The translations under genes and the position numbers were made by a program. A stretch of DNA of 64,000 nucleotides from Promethearchaeota archaeon. Lineage in GTDB: Archaea > Asgardarchaeota > Lokiarchaeia > Sigyniarchaeales > SOKP01. Numbering within the stretch: the first letter of the stretch is position 1; the number at the start of each line of letters is the position of its first letter. Shown here in pieces: positions 20,579-31,926 of the stretch. The notes below the pieces were generated by a model. It worked only from the letters and a program-made list of their open reading frames with translations. It was not told the DNA's origin and made no database searches. The stretch is from positions 96,001 to 160,000 of the forward strand of contig JBHLOY010000007.1 in assembly GCA_048939995.1 (NCBI GenBank), in the 5' to 3' direction.

Positions 20579-22822
20579 ATGACAGTCCTCGAAGTTGCTT
20601 TAACTATTTTATTAAACATTATTCCTATTATCGTTATAATTATCCCCTACTTCTTTATTAAAAAAAGAGTAATAGGAAAACTGTATGGACGAATCCTACT
20701 TGGAATTATTGTGTTTTATATAGTTTACTGGGTGTTACCTATAATATTTCAATTAGATAAAGCTCCAATAGAGCTTACACTTGAATCCGGAGAAGATGGA
20801 AACACGGCTTTAGGAGTTGGTTACATTATTAGTCACTTCCTCTCATTACTGTCCCTATTTGCTTCATACCCTCTGGTAACCCTTCCTTTCATATTCATTG
20901 TGGCACCTTTTATCTCTATTATAATGGTGTGGAATAAATTAAGGAAAGAGAAGACGTCGATCAAAGAATCTCTTTCTGGATTGACGTATCATCTAACAGA
21001 AGGACCATATAAGCAGATAAAAAATGAATTAATTAAAGGTGATTGGAGTAGAGAGAAAGAAATATTAAAACTACTCATTGTTTTGCTCCCAATTTCACTA
21101 TTTCTCCTCCAACTAATTCTTCGGATAACCAATCTTGAAACAGTTTCTTTAACTGATGGAGAAACGGCCCTTGGATGGTTCTTGGAAATTTTATTTGTAT
21201 ATCTTGCTACTTTTATATTTAGTATTGAACTACTGCTTAGCTCTCAAATTGCCTTAAAGGGGAGATACTTTGGAGAATCTATACGCACTCAAACCTACAA
21301 AAGCCTCTATACTGTCGGTGCTCCTATTTCTGTATTGGCAATTCTATTATTTGTAGTTGAAGGCATTCAAGCGGGGGATATAACATTTATCTTCATTACT
21401 ATTTACTTCTTCGCTTATTTTATTATGGCTTCCGTTATATTCGTTTTATTTCTAAAAATCTTTGAACCTATCTCCATCCTAGTCTTTATCAAAATAATTG
21501 ACTGGTGGAAAAAAAGGAAACAACAAAAGAGAGTGGCTGATACTAAAAATTGGTACTACGGAATTGTTTTCGCGTGTTTAGCTTTTTTCATATACTTTTT
21601 CATTAATTATCTACTGTTTCGTACCCTCTATACTTTTATCTTTCCTAATGGTGAAGATATATGGAACTCTGCTAATTTTAATTCACCAACTCACTCTTTA
21701 GGTTATTCTCTTGGATTTGATCTCATGAATGTATTTTCCTTTATCACATTGATAATAGCTTCTCTTCTCATAGCCGTGTTCTTTATGGTTTATAGTTTGA
21801 AATATATACGAAGTATCTCTACAGCAGTGTTAACTTATATGCCAATTATTATAGGCCTCTCAATATTATTTTTTGTTCTCCCTGGAAGTCCAAATGCATT
21901 AATTAATTTTGGACCAGATACATACTGGATCACAGGACAGAGTAGCTATACTAACATTTTTGGGTTTATCTTCTTTACTCTAAGAACAGCTGGTTTAGAG
22001 GCAAATCTAGGTCCTGTTTTGGGAATTTTAGCAGTCCCATACATATTTACTCGTTACATTTTTAATATAATTGTCTGGGGTTTGATCATATATTATCTAC
22101 GAAAAGAATTTAAAGCTAAGAACGTAAAACTCGATGAAAAACATTTGGAGAAACTTGTATTCTCTTCCATTTCTGATTATATCACTATTGATGATTATAA
22201 AAGAGGAGAAATTCAATATTTAATAACTAAGAATGAAGATATCAGCCAAGAAACCATAAATTCAGAGCGAGAGGAAGTTCAAAATTTAGTTAATTCTCTC
22301 GCTGAAGATAAACTTCTGAAAGAAATTATTCCGTTTGAAGAACAAGAGAAACAGAGGTTTTATTTTACTCTAAAGTATCTTTTTAATAATAATTACGTGG
22401 ATATTTTAAGACCTGAGTTTAGTTATGTCTTTGAGAGAGTTGAGAAACAAGGATTATACATAATTTATGATGATGGGAGAGGTATCTTTGACTATAGCTT
22501 CGTAAGGGAAGTTTTTCACGATCCTGGATTGATTTCTGGGATGATTTCAGCTATTACATCATTTATTAAGGAGACAACTAAATCACAAGACTTATTAAAA
22601 ACAATTGATCACGGAGATATTACGATATTAATTGAATATGGAAAACGCATATTTGGAGTGTTATTCATTAAAGGAAAACAGACAGCAGAAGTTCGCACCA
22701 AATTAAAAGCATTTGTTGAAAAATTTGAGTCAAAATATCAAACTATTTTAGAAGACTGGAGCGGTGCATTGGTACATTTTAAAGAAGATCATTCCATGGT
22801 AGAAGAAATCTTTCAAGAATAA
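20579..22822 (+). CDS. polytopic membrane protein with C-terminal longin-like domain
   Basis: About 12 TM segments, then GLYIIYDDGRGIF...DPGLISGMISAITSFIKET...TIDHGDITILIEYG. Confidence 0.7.
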   Translation: MTVLEVALTILLNIIPIIVIIIPYFFIKKRVIGKLYGRILLGIIVFYIVYWVLPIIFQLDKAPIELTLESGEDGNTALGVGYIISHFLSLLSLFASYPLVTLPFIFIVAPFISIIMVWNKLRKEKTSIKESLSGLTYHLTEGPYKQIKNELIKGDWSREKEILKLLIVLLPISLFLLQLILRITNLETVSLTDGETALGWFLEILFVYLATFIFSIELLLSSQIALKGRYFGESIRTQTYKSLYTVGAPISVLAILLFVVEGIQAGDITFIFITIYFFAYFIMASVIFVLFLKIFEPISILVFIKIIDWWKKRKQQKRVADTKNWYYGIVFACLAFFIYFFINYLLFRTLYTFIFPNGEDIWNSANFNSPTHSLGYSLGFDLMNVFSFITLIIASLLIAVFFMVYSLKYIRSISTAVLTYMPIIIGLSILFFVLPGSPNALINFGPDTYWITGQSSYTNIFGFIFFTLRTAGLEANLGPVLGILAVPYIFTRYIFNIIVWGLIIYYLRKEFKAKNVKLDEKHLEKLVFSSISDYITIDDYKRGEIQYLITKNEDISQETINSEREEVQNLVNSLAEDKLLKEIIPFEEQEKQRFYFTLKYLFNNNYVDILRPEFSYVFERVEKQGLYIIYDDGRGIFDYSFVREVFHDPGLISGMISAITSFIKETTKSQDLLKTIDHGDITILIEYGKRIFGVLFIKGKQTAEVRTKLKAFVEKFESKYQTILEDWSGALVHFKEDHSMVEEIFQE

Positions 22823-22849
22823 TCTAATATTTTTTATTCTTTTTTATAG

Positions 22850-23647
22850 TTATTCTGGTATAGTAGCTACAGCGCGTACCCAACCAGCACTAGCTCTAGC
22901 AATTTTAATAGGAAAACAATAGATCGTCGCACCCACTGGCGGAACTTTATCTAAATTTATCATCTTTTCCATTTGAAAATATCCTCTTTCAATACCCGCA
23001 TAATGACCCTCCCAAATCAATGATTTGTTAGGAGATTTTTCCTTAATCGATTTTTTCCATTTAGTGGCAGTAATTGTAAATGGAGCATCCCATGACCATG
23101 CATCAATGCCAACCACATGAACCCCCTGCCTAATAATATGTAATGTTGCCTCTTTTCCAATCCCATGACTAATATACTCCTTTGTTCCATAATAATTTGG
23201 AGCATTCGTATGCACACATACAATATCTCCCTCTTTTAATTTATGTCCAATTAAATCTAACTTCTGATCAATATCTCCTGGATTCAACACATAACCTTCT
23301 TCATAATTGGTGCAATTCAGCACTATGAGGGGACCAATACCCCATTCTAATGGAAATTCATCAATTGTATGTGCTTTTTTCTCTATATCTTCTTTATCTT
23401 GAATAGGAGCATAATGCCAAGGCGCATCCATATGTGTTCCAGAATGAGTCCCTAAAGTAATGGTTTCTGTAGCCCAACCTTTTCCATCTGGTAAATGATC
23501 TTCTGGTTTTAATTTTGGGAATATAAATCCCATTTCTTCTGCACCTCTCTCATGATTCCTATATTCGATGTGAGGTTGAGTCAAGGGAGGATCAAATATC
23601 AATTCGTCGGGATTAATTATGGGAATGCTTAGATCAATAAATTTCAT
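22850..23647 (-). CDS. cyclase / kynurenine formamidase family metallohydrolase
   Basis: IDLS, HSGTHMDAPWH, VGID, PIKI...AGWVRAVA. Confidence 0.88.
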   Translation of the reverse strand: MKFIDLSIPIINPDELIFDPPLTQPHIEYRNHERGAEEMGFIFPKLKPEDHLPDGKGWATETITLGTHSGTHMDAPWHYAPIQDKEDIEKKAHTIDEFPLEWGIGPLIVLNCTNYEEGYVLNPGDIDQKLDLIGHKLKEGDIVCVHTNAPNYYGTKEYISHGIGKEATLHIIRQGVHVVGIDAWSWDAPFTITATKWKKSIKEKSPNKSLIWEGHYAGIERGYFQMEKMINLDKVPPVGATIYCFPIKIARASAGWVRAVATIPE

Positions 23648-23735
23648 AATAAACCCTTATTTCGAATCTATTTTAATATTTGGGTTAATAAAAATTAAGC
23701 TTGAAAATCCTTTTGAAATAAAGAAATAAAAGTAG

Positions 23736-24359
23736 CTACAATAAAAGAGGAAGGCAAGTCGTAAAACCGGTTAAAATACCAAGAAAAAAGCCAACTATTA
23801 AATTTATGATTGCGGCTTTAATATAGAACTTATTATAACTTACAATTAACCATATGCTTACTAATATCTCTAATAATGAAAGAAATGACCCCAAAGCTAT
23901 AGCATAAAAAATTAAATGCTCAACAGATGTTAGACTGCTGATCTCGACAACACTGTTTGTGCTCCATGGATTAAATAACCCGAGTGAATTGATATAAATA
24001 AAAATATATCTATCGGGTATTGGATCAAGCACCCAAATTAAAAAATAGGTGAGTAGAGTTGACAAAATTCCTATCCCAAAGATGATATAAAAAGTGCCCA
24101 AAATTACATGGGAAAATCTCACTACTACTTTCTCATCCATACTGTTCTGATATGTATTTAATCCATATTTAGCGTAGTTTTTCTTAAACCTGAACAGAAC
24201 TAAAACACCTAGGATTATCAAGATAAAGGATAATATATACTTAAAAAAGACAAACATAATAGAAAGGATATTAGTAATCCAATCGAAGCCCCAATCGAGA
24301 TCTTGAGAAATTTGAATAGAATCTAAGGCAAAGCAAATTGTTTTTAATAACAAGCTCAT
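23736..24359 (-). CDS. membrane protein of unknown function
   Basis: 4 hydrophobic helices, DPIPDR motif. Confidence 0.6.
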   Translation of the reverse strand: MSLLLKTICFALDSIQISQDLDWGFDWITNILSIMFVFFKYILSFILIILGVLVLFRFKKNYAKYGLNTYQNSMDEKVVVRFSHVILGTFYIIFGIGILSTLLTYFLIWVLDPIPDRYIFIYINSLGLFNPWSTNSVVEISSLTSVEHLIFYAIALGSFLSLLEILVSIWLIVSYNKFYIKAAIINLIVGFFLGILTGFTTCLPLLL

Positions 24360-24507
24360 CCATCATTAATTAAAAAGAATCTATTTAAAGTCAAATATTG
24401 ATAACATATCAAACTGAAGCAAATGTTTAAATAAGAATCTAAATCAAACATAGATTAAAGACAATCGCATGGTTTAATTATTAAAAAAACTAAATTATAG
24501 TAAAAAA

Positions 24508-24771
24508 TTGAGATTAAATAAAAAGATATTATACAGGCCTAGATGTGAGAGCTGTGGAAATCGACTCTATCGAAGTTTTCGTTCTTTTAGGCATCCTTTT
24601 TGTGGGTCTTTTTGGGGGACAGTTCCCTCACATTGTCCAAAATGTGGAAAAGAAGTAAATCTAGATCAAAAAAGTCAGTTGATAGAACACGAAGGACTAG
24701 TATGTTTGTTAATATGTAGTGTATTTGTCATATTTGTAGTAGTTTTGTTGCTAATTGTTCTCTCTTTATAA
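24508..24771 (+). CDS. small zinc-finger protein with C-terminal TM helix
   Basis: CESC...CPKC followed by a terminal hydrophobic helix; TTG start. Confidence 0.55.
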   Translation: MRLNKKILYRPRCESCGNRLYRSFRSFRHPFCGSFWGTVPSHCPKCGKEVNLDQKSQLIEHEGLVCLLICSVFVIFVVVLLLIVLSL

Positions 24772-24814
24772 ATTTCTAGTTATCATTTAATTTTTCCATC
24801 AATAGCAAATTACT

Positions 24815-25405
24815 TCAAATTTTCCTGCATACTAACTCTCCTTTTCCAATGGGTACAATTATGGCATCTACTCGGTTATCAGCCAGAGCTTGATCTAGCA
24901 TGGGCTTTAGGCTTTCATAATGGTTGATTGCATTATCTGCAACTAAGATGCCACCTTTGACTAGATTAGGAATTATAAGATCATAACACTCTCCGTAGAT
25001 TTCTTTCTCGGCATCTAAAAAACAAAATGATATATTTTTATAATTAGGGATATTTTCAAGTGCATCACCTTCGATTAATTCGATTGTATCAACTAAATTG
25101 GTTAATTCAAAGGTTTCCCGAGCTAATTTTGCTTTTTCTTCCAGAATCTCAAACGTTACTAACTTCCTTCCAAGAATTCGACATGCTAATGATATCCATA
25201 ATGCGGAATATCCTCCACTGGTACCAATTTCTAAAAATACACCCTCAGGAGCACTGGCTGCTAAAATAGAAATAAACTTACCGGTTTCAGGAGGGATTTG
25301 CCGAAGTCTTTCCATTCTTGGCGTTCCATCTAGGCGATCTTGAGTATCTATATCTTCTAAATACTTCATTCTCTCTTTTATTACTGTAGGGATATTATAA
25401 AACAT
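24815..25405 (-). CDS. SAM-dependent O-methyltransferase (COMT/Methyltransf_3-like)
   Basis: [29 protein letters not shown]. Confidence 0.88.
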   Translation of the reverse strand: MFYNIPTVIKERMKYLEDIDTQDRLDGTPRMERLRQIPPETGKFISILAASAPEGVFLEIGTSGGYSALWISLACRILGRKLVTFEILEEKAKLARETFELTNLVDTIELIEGDALENIPNYKNISFCFLDAEKEIYGECYDLIIPNLVKGGILVADNAINHYESLKPMLDQALADNRVDAIIVPIGKGELVCRKI

Positions 25406-25578
25406 CGCTATTTCATATGTACCATCTAATAAAGATTTTCCGACCCTATTTTCCTTTGCTCATAAAACGAAATGAAGTTAAATCTTAATCGTTACATGTG
25501 ATTTAAACTAAAATGTTTGCTTAAACTTAATATACAATAATCTAGAAAAAATAAAGTTAAAAAAATAAAATTAATTGC

Positions 25579-27270
25579 TTAGTAATCCATATCTGGCATA
25601 CCGCCCATGCCACCCATACCTGGATAGCCTCCACCCATACCAGGCGGCATCCCTCCTGGCGGCATTCCACCAGGCGGACCAGCAGTTTTAGCCGAGGCTA
25701 TCACATCATCGATGCGCAAGATCATGGAAGCAGCTTCGGTTGAGCTTTTAATAGCTTGAATTTTTACAACGGTAGGTTCAACGACGCCTACCTTCATCAT
25801 GTCATCGATAACTTCTCCGGAGTCAAGATCATGTCCGGCGAAATTATGTCCTGCTTGATGAGCGGCTCGTAGTTTCATGAGAACTTCGATTTGGTCTAAT
25901 CCTGCGTTTTCAGCGAGGGTTTTTGGTACGATGTCTAAACAATCAGCAAACACTTCTACTGCTAGTTGCTCTCGGCCTCCTAAAGTTTGAGCATATTTGC
26001 GTAATTGGATTGAGGTTTCTATTTCTGGAGCTCCACCGCCTCCAACGATTTTTTGATCTTCAACGATATCTCTAGTCACACATAAAGCATCATGAATAGC
26101 TCTTTCTCCTTCATCGACGACTAGTTCAGTTCCTCCTCTAATTAATATTACGACTGATTTTGGATCTTTACAATCTTCGATAAAAATCCAGCTGTCATTC
26201 ATAACTTTGCGTTCTTCGACTAGGCCAGCATAACCTAATTTCTGTGGTGTGATATCATCTAGATTAGTAAAAATCATGCCCCCAGTTGCCTTTGAGAGTT
26301 TTTCAATATCTGATTTCTTAACTCTTCTTACCGATAAGATACCTGCCTTAGTTAAAAAGTGTTGGGCCATATCATCGATTCCTTTTTGACAAATTAGAAC
26401 ATTTGCGCCTGAGTTTTTAATCTTCTCAGCCATCTTTCTTAACATATGTTCTTCTTCATCTAAGAATTGTTGGATTTGCTCTGGACTCGTAATTTGGAGT
26501 TTAGTATCGAATTCAGTTTTTTCAATTTCCACTGCACTTTGTAATAAAAGAATTTTGGCATCTTTAACGCTCTTTGGCATTCCTGGACTTACAACTTCCT
26601 TATCCAATATGATTCCTTTAATTAATATCGTTTCATCAATGCTCTCTCCTTCTTTCTTTTGAATCTGAACTTTCTCAATGTCGGCTTTCCATTTTCCATT
26701 TTGGTCTCTTTCAGCAACAGATTTGATTGCTTCAATACATAATTCAGCAAGCATTTCCTTCGATTCAGATACAATTTTACTCGACATACAAGTCATGGCA
26801 GCATTCTTTAGACCCTCATAATCATCAATTCCACTTTTAATGGACATCTTTTCTAAAATTTCAATTGCCTTGTCAGCTGCTTTTCGAAAACCTTCGGTTA
26901 TTACTGTAGGATGAATTTTCTGTTGCAGAAGCTTCTCAGCACGCTTTAATAATTCTCCAGCAAGGATTACGCTGGTAGTTGTACCATCACCTACTTCAGA
27001 ATCTTGAGTTTTGGCAACTTCTACCATCATTTTCGCTGCAGGGTGCTGTACATCGATCTCTTTCAAAATTGTAGCTCCGTCATTTGTAATTACTACGTCA
27101 CCAAATTGATCTACTAGCATCTTATCCATGCCCATCGGGCCTAATGAGGTTCTTACAGCTTCAGCAATTACTTTCGCTGCTGCGATGTTATTTTCCATTG
27201 CATCCTTTCCGCGCTGGCGTTCAGTTCCCTCTTTTAAAATAATTACAGGTTGACCTCCTAATTGTGCCAT
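25579..27270 (-). CDS. ths: thermosome (group II chaperonin) subunit
   Basis: [38 protein letters not shown]-repeat tail. Confidence 0.97.
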   Translation of the reverse strand: MAQLGGQPVIILKEGTERQRGKDAMENNIAAAKVIAEAVRTSLGPMGMDKMLVDQFGDVVITNDGATILKEIDVQHPAAKMMVEVAKTQDSEVGDGTTTSVILAGELLKRAEKLLQQKIHPTVITEGFRKAADKAIEILEKMSIKSGIDDYEGLKNAAMTCMSSKIVSESKEMLAELCIEAIKSVAERDQNGKWKADIEKVQIQKKEGESIDETILIKGIILDKEVVSPGMPKSVKDAKILLLQSAVEIEKTEFDTKLQITSPEQIQQFLDEEEHMLRKMAEKIKNSGANVLICQKGIDDMAQHFLTKAGILSVRRVKKSDIEKLSKATGGMIFTNLDDITPQKLGYAGLVEERKVMNDSWIFIEDCKDPKSVVILIRGGTELVVDEGERAIHDALCVTRDIVEDQKIVGGGGAPEIETSIQLRKYAQTLGGREQLAVEVFADCLDIVPKTLAENAGLDQIEVLMKLRAAHQAGHNFAGHDLDSGEVIDDMMKVGVVEPTVVKIQAIKSSTEAASMILRIDDVIASAKTAGPPGGMPPGGMPPGMGGGYPGMGGMGGMPDMDY

Positions 27271-27417
27271 ATTAAATTTTCACCATATTTCTTTTTTATA
27301 AATTTGTTATCTATATAATGATCTCTAAGTCATAAAATTAAAAAAGTTTACGAAAATAAATAATAGGCAAAATGAAGCTTAATAAAGTAGATTTTAAGAT
27401 TTAGTAAATTAATATTC

Positions 27418-27582
27418 TTATTTTACTAAATCTCTCTTTTTCAATCGGAGGTCTTTTGCTCTGCATCTTCGGCACTTTTTTGCCCTGATTGGGTTGAGAG
27501 CTCCACAATGTCTGCATACGGATTTTTCAAGCAGATGGAATCGGGCGATTTTTCTTTTGTAAGGGTCGTCGATGGGCGCCAT
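27418..27582 (-). CDS. rpl40e: 50S ribosomal protein eL40 (missed by ORF track, 54 aa)
   Basis: Hand translation MAPIDDPYKRKIARFHLLEKSVCRHCGALNPIRAKKCRRCRAKDLRLKKRDLVK*, with the eL40 CxxC..N.....CRRC zinc finger. Confidence 0.92.
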   Translation of the reverse strand: MAPIDDPYKRKIARFHLLEKSVCRHCGALNPIRAKKCRRCRAKDLRLKKRDLVK

Positions 27583-27784
27583 AATAATCTCTGCGAGTTA
27601 CTTTTATTTATTTTTATTATAGATTTTATAAACTAATTTGTTGTATTGTAAATAACTTAAAAGATAAATGGAAAAATAGTTTTAAGAATTAAAATTTTTG
27701 TATCTTAATGAAAAAATTAAAATTTCATAATTAATAGTATAGATTAATTGAATTCTAAGTGTTTTAATTATTGGATGGGATAGT

Positions 27785-27979
27785 ATGCCAAAGGAAATAA
27801 ATTCCAGTGATCAATTTATAGAATTAGCTGAGTTTGCAATTCATTGTAGAGTGAAGAGAATTAAGGATGTTGTGAAATTAAAGCTTAGGACTAAGAAATA
27901 TCTTTATACTTATAAAACAGATCCTAATACAGCAGATAGACTTTTGGCCAACCTAAAGTGCGACATTATCGAACTTTAA
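27785..27979 (+). CDS. rpl38e: 50S ribosomal protein eL38
   Basis: MPKEI...F...A...RVKR....VKLKLRTKKYLYT. Confidence 0.9.
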   Translation: MPKEINSSDQFIELAEFAIHCRVKRIKDVVKLKLRTKKYLYTYKTDPNTADRLLANLKCDIIEL

Positions 27980-27991
27980 AATAATAAATTA

Positions 27992-28531
27992 TTGAATCAA
28001 ATAAAAATTAGTAATAACATAATGAAAAATCTTCCAGCGTGCCAAACATGTGTAATTTCAGGCTTTTTATGTAATAGTTGCGAACAAAAGCTCGATGCTG
28101 GTGAGCTAACTGAGTTTGAATTAGATTTAGCAAAAAATCTCTTAGAGTTGGAAGAAAAGGAAAACTTTAGCTTTTTAAAAGATATTTCGTTCTATAAAGC
28201 AATAGATTTTGAAGATGTAGTTATAATTGTTATAGACAAGAAAGATAAGGTTAAAATTTCAGAAGATATAATTACTTGGATCAAGGAAACTTATGAAATT
28301 GACGAGCTAATCTTTATAGAAAAGACTCGAAACCCTCGGCCTGTTATTGAAGCACTTACCGCTCCAAGTAAATTAATATCCTTAAATGAAATTTTTTTAG
28401 CAACAGGTGATATTGAATTTAAAGCAGTATTTAACCTAAGAGACCAAGAAAGAATCTTATTTACCAAAGATGAATTAGAAGAGTTAGTTTTAGAGTTAAC
28501 GGGGCAAACTATTCGAATAGAATTTGAATAA
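27992..28531 (+). CDS. archaeal NusA-like protein (CxxC-x-CxxC N-terminus)
   Basis: LPACQTCVISGFLCNSCE N-terminus; position upstream of pth2-truD; true start may be ATG 28022. Confidence 0.65.
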   Translation: MNQIKISNNIMKNLPACQTCVISGFLCNSCEQKLDAGELTEFELDLAKNLLELEEKENFSFLKDISFYKAIDFEDVVIIVIDKKDKVKISEDIITWIKETYEIDELIFIEKTRNPRPVIEALTAPSKLISLNEIFLATGDIEFKAVFNLRDQERILFTKDELEELVLELTGQTIRIEFE

Positions 28532-28565
28532 GTAGTATATTTTTAAGGATATTATAACCTATAGG

Positions 28566-28928
28566 GTGAATTTTGTGGAAAAATACAAACAGGTTATTTT
28601 AATAAGAACAGATTTAAAAATGGGAACTGGTAAAAAATGTGTTCAATCATGCCATGCTTCTGTTTCAGCTGCAGATTTAGTTCGAACAACTAATAAACCT
28701 TTATGGAAAATGTGGATTAACTCGGGTCAGAAAAAAGTAGTATTAAAAGTTAACTTGGAAACACTAGATGAGATAGTTAAAGGACTAAGAAAGACCAAAA
28801 TTCCTTACTTTCTCGTTAAAGATGCAGGTTTAACACAATTACCACCAGGAACAACTACAGCATTAGGAATTGGACCCGTTATATCAAAGGATATTGATGC
28901 TATAACTAAAGATTTAAAGTTACTCTAA
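28566..28928 (+). CDS. pth2: peptidyl-tRNA hydrolase Pth2
   Basis: [10 protein letters not shown]...[30 protein letters not shown]. Confidence 0.95.
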   Translation: MNFVEKYKQVILIRTDLKMGTGKKCVQSCHASVSAADLVRTTNKPLWKMWINSGQKKVVLKVNLETLDEIVKGLRKTKIPYFLVKDAGLTQLPPGTTTALGIGPVISKDIDAITKDLKLL

Positions 28929-28960
28929 CTTAATACAATTAAGAAAGTAGATGTGATTAA

Positions 28961-30328
28961 TTGACAATAGCATTTAAAAACAATGATGAAAAAGAGGTTG
29001 AACGGTTTGTATCTATAAATATATACTCTACTCCACACATTAATGGAATTAAAGGGGTTTATAAAAATACATCTAAAGATTTTATTGTCAAGGAAATTGA
29101 TGAAAAAGGTAATATACTTCGGCTAAAGCAAGATAATACCCGGGTCTCATTTTCAGAAGACTCGAAAGATAGATTTACGACTTTTAATCTTATCAAAATA
29201 AACAAGGAAACTTTTGAAGCGATTGAACTCATAAGTAATGCGCTAAATATACCAGTTGATATGATTTTTTATTCAGGATTAAAAGATAAATGTTCAGTAA
29301 GTGTTCAGAGACTATCGATAAAAGGAAATTATATTGATAGGTTAAGAAAGTTAAAAATCAGAGATATTTTTATAAAAAATATACATCCCTCAAGAAGATC
29401 GGTAAAACTAGGAAGTCATTGGGGTAATCACTTTATAATTGTAATTAGAAATATTGAAAATGATAATAACCCCTTAAAAAGAATCCAAAAAATCTTTAAA
29501 ATACTCCAAAATCAAGGATTTCCCAACTATTTTGGGTTGCAGAGGTTTGGTACTTTTAGACCAAACTCTCATCTTATTGGAAAATATTTATTAGAACAAA
29601 AGTATAAAGAAGCTTTTGATGAGTATGTAATCAACTCATATTCTACAGAGGTAGATTTCTCGCAAAAAATTCGTACCGAGTTACGTAAAACTGGTGATTT
29701 TGTTAAGGCTTTTAATAATTTTCCTGCTAGTTTAAACTACGAAAAGATGATGATTAAATATTTAATTGAAAATCAAGAAGATTATAAGGGAGCAATAAAC
29801 CAATTACCCATTTATTTGAAGAAATTACTAATTAGTTCTTTTCAATCTTATCTATTTAATAGAATGTTATCCTTGAGGGTTAAAAAAGGATATTCTCTAT
29901 TTAAACCTATTAAAGGGGATGTAATTTGCATTTTAGATGATGTTAATGGACATTATACCCAAATTGTTTATAAATATGGAGCAAATTATGATAAACATCT
30001 AAATGAAGCCTTGAGGTTAAATCGAGCAGCAATAGTAATCCCATTAATTGGATATGATACGAATCTAAACGATTTCCCACTAATGAACGAGTTAGTTAAA
30101 GAAATATATAGAATGGAGAATATAGATGTGGATATATTTAATAATGAACTACTAAAAGAATATGAATTTAAAGGAACTTTTCGGCCGATGATTACTAAAC
30201 CGAATAGTTTGAAACTTTTAGAATTTGCTAAAGATGAATTATTTCAAGAGAAGATGAAATTAAAATTAGAATTTTCACTCCAACGGGGATCTTATGCAAC
30301 TATGTTATTAAGGGAATTAATGAAATAA
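28961..30328 (+). CDS. truD: tRNA pseudouridine(13) synthase TruD
   Basis: DFIVKEI, SGLKDK, GNHF, FPNYFGLQRFG, QSYLFN, FSLQRGSYAT. Confidence 0.95.
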   Translation: MTIAFKNNDEKEVERFVSINIYSTPHINGIKGVYKNTSKDFIVKEIDEKGNILRLKQDNTRVSFSEDSKDRFTTFNLIKINKETFEAIELISNALNIPVDMIFYSGLKDKCSVSVQRLSIKGNYIDRLRKLKIRDIFIKNIHPSRRSVKLGSHWGNHFIIVIRNIENDNNPLKRIQKIFKILQNQGFPNYFGLQRFGTFRPNSHLIGKYLLEQKYKEAFDEYVINSYSTEVDFSQKIRTELRKTGDFVKAFNNFPASLNYEKMMIKYLIENQEDYKGAINQLPIYLKKLLISSFQSYLFNRMLSLRVKKGYSLFKPIKGDVICILDDVNGHYTQIVYKYGANYDKHLNEALRLNRAAIVIPLIGYDTNLNDFPLMNELVKEIYRMENIDVDIFNNELLKEYEFKGTFRPMITKPNSLKLLEFAKDELFQEKMKLKLEFSLQRGSYATMLLRELMK

Positions 30329-30329
30329 T

Positions 30330-31862
30330 TCACTTAATATCTAAAATATAATCTTGATTACTCTCTTGTCCAAAAATATTAATTACTTTTACTTGGATTT
30401 GATATTTCGTTGAATTTTCGTAAGAATAAGGTGTTGTAACTAAATTAATTTCCCTATTTTTTGGTGTTTTGTAGGAATACCAGTCATTTTTAAAACTATT
30501 ATCATTATGATTAAAATCTACAGCCCAATAATCAATTAAATCATGAAATGAAGTTATTTTTTCCTTAATCCTCTTAGATAGCAGTTCTAGATATGGTAAA
30601 TGATAGTTTTTCAATTTTATACTGACTTTTTTATGATCAATGGAGATGTCTATATCGAAACTAGGAGCTTGTTTTATTTTAGAGTTAGTTTTAAACTCAT
30701 TCTTCAAAAAATTTCTAGGGAGGAAATTATTAGGGTCTTCATTATTCAAATATATTAATTCAAAAGGTTGATAAGATTTATCATAATTCCTATTCCAACT
30801 AAATAGGTCATTACTTTTTGAAATGTCAAGTAATCTCTTTCTTGTAATATGAATTGCGTGATTAGCTAAATCACAACCTATCCACCGTCGACCAAGTTTT
30901 TCTGCTACTATAAGAGTTGTACCAGTTCCACAGAAAAAGTCTGCTACAAGTCCATTTTCATTTGAAGAGGATAGTATAATTCGTTTCAACAATCTTTCAG
31001 GCTTTTGAGTCGAAAAGCCTTGATATTCTGTTGTATTGGCTCTAACATAGGGAATATCATTCCACACATCTCTGGGAAAAATACCATCTTCTTTAACATA
31101 CACTTTTCGTGATAGTTTTTTCCCATCATGACTTCCGCCTCTATAATAAAATAATCCTTTCTCGTCTTTTTTCAAAGCATTCTTAACGCGATCTGAGTAT
31201 TCCATATAAATATTAGGGTCATCATTAAAGATGTAATCTTCTGATTTGGTGTAAAACAGAACCGTATCGTAAGATCTAATAAAAAATCTTCTAGTTTGCG
31301 CTGAAGCTGCTGGATATGACCATATAATTTCATTTCTAAAATTTTCATTTCCAAAGATTTCATCCAAAATTATTTTTATATAATGGCTTACGTGCCAATC
31401 TAAATGGACATAAATACTTCCACTCTCTGAGAGTAATTGTTTCATCAAGTTCAATCTAACATATAAAAAATTTAAATAGGACTCTAAACCTTCTCTCCAT
31501 GTATCTGAGTAGGCTTTAGTAGATTCATTAAAACTATTCCCACCAAAATATATTTTATAAGAAAAATTTCCTCCAGTAGCAAATGGAGGGTCAATATAGA
31601 TAAGATTAATTTTGCTAGAAAAATCTTTTAGCAAAATTCTCATAATTTGTTCATTTTCTCCGCAAATTAGAAGATTATTCCAAGTTAATCGATCATTTCT
31701 TTCCTTAAAATTATGATTATACCTATCAAGAGTAGCAGAATTATGAGACTTGATTTCTCGGAAAGAATCCTTATAATTGCTATTCAAACTCGATAAATTG
31801 ATTAATCCTTTTTTACCTTTCCATATTAAATTTGGCATAGTTAATCCCTTATAAGATAACAA
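30330..31862 (-). CDS. N6-adenine/N4-cytosine DNA methyltransferase (beta class, Mod-like)
   Basis: IYIDPPF, GSIYVHLDWH, FRNEIIW, TQKPERLL, DFFCGTGTT, IDYWAVDF; probable start at ATG 31838. Confidence 0.88.
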   Translation of the reverse strand: MLSYKGLTMPNLIWKGKKGLINLSSLNSNYKDSFREIKSHNSATLDRYNHNFKERNDRLTWNNLLICGENEQIMRILLKDFSSKINLIYIDPPFATGGNFSYKIYFGGNSFNESTKAYSDTWREGLESYLNFLYVRLNLMKQLLSESGSIYVHLDWHVSHYIKIILDEIFGNENFRNEIIWSYPAASAQTRRFFIRSYDTVLFYTKSEDYIFNDDPNIYMEYSDRVKNALKKDEKGLFYYRGGSHDGKKLSRKVYVKEDGIFPRDVWNDIPYVRANTTEYQGFSTQKPERLLKRIILSSSNENGLVADFFCGTGTTLIVAEKLGRRWIGCDLANHAIHITRKRLLDISKSNDLFSWNRNYDKSYQPFELIYLNNEDPNNFLPRNFLKNEFKTNSKIKQAPSFDIDISIDHKKVSIKLKNYHLPYLELLSKRIKEKITSFHDLIDYWAVDFNHNDNSFKNDWYSYKTPKNREINLVTTPYSYENSTKYQIQVKVINIFGQESNQDYILDIK

Positions 31863-31926
31863 AAAATTTATTATTAATTTCCTTTACAAATTTAATTTAG
31901 ATTATAATTATGTAAAAATAGAAGAA

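Noticed and set aside
25579-25680. GC-rich repetitive stretch
   Set aside because: Encodes the normal GGM/PPGGM tail of the thermosome; not a DNA repeat element or RNA gene.
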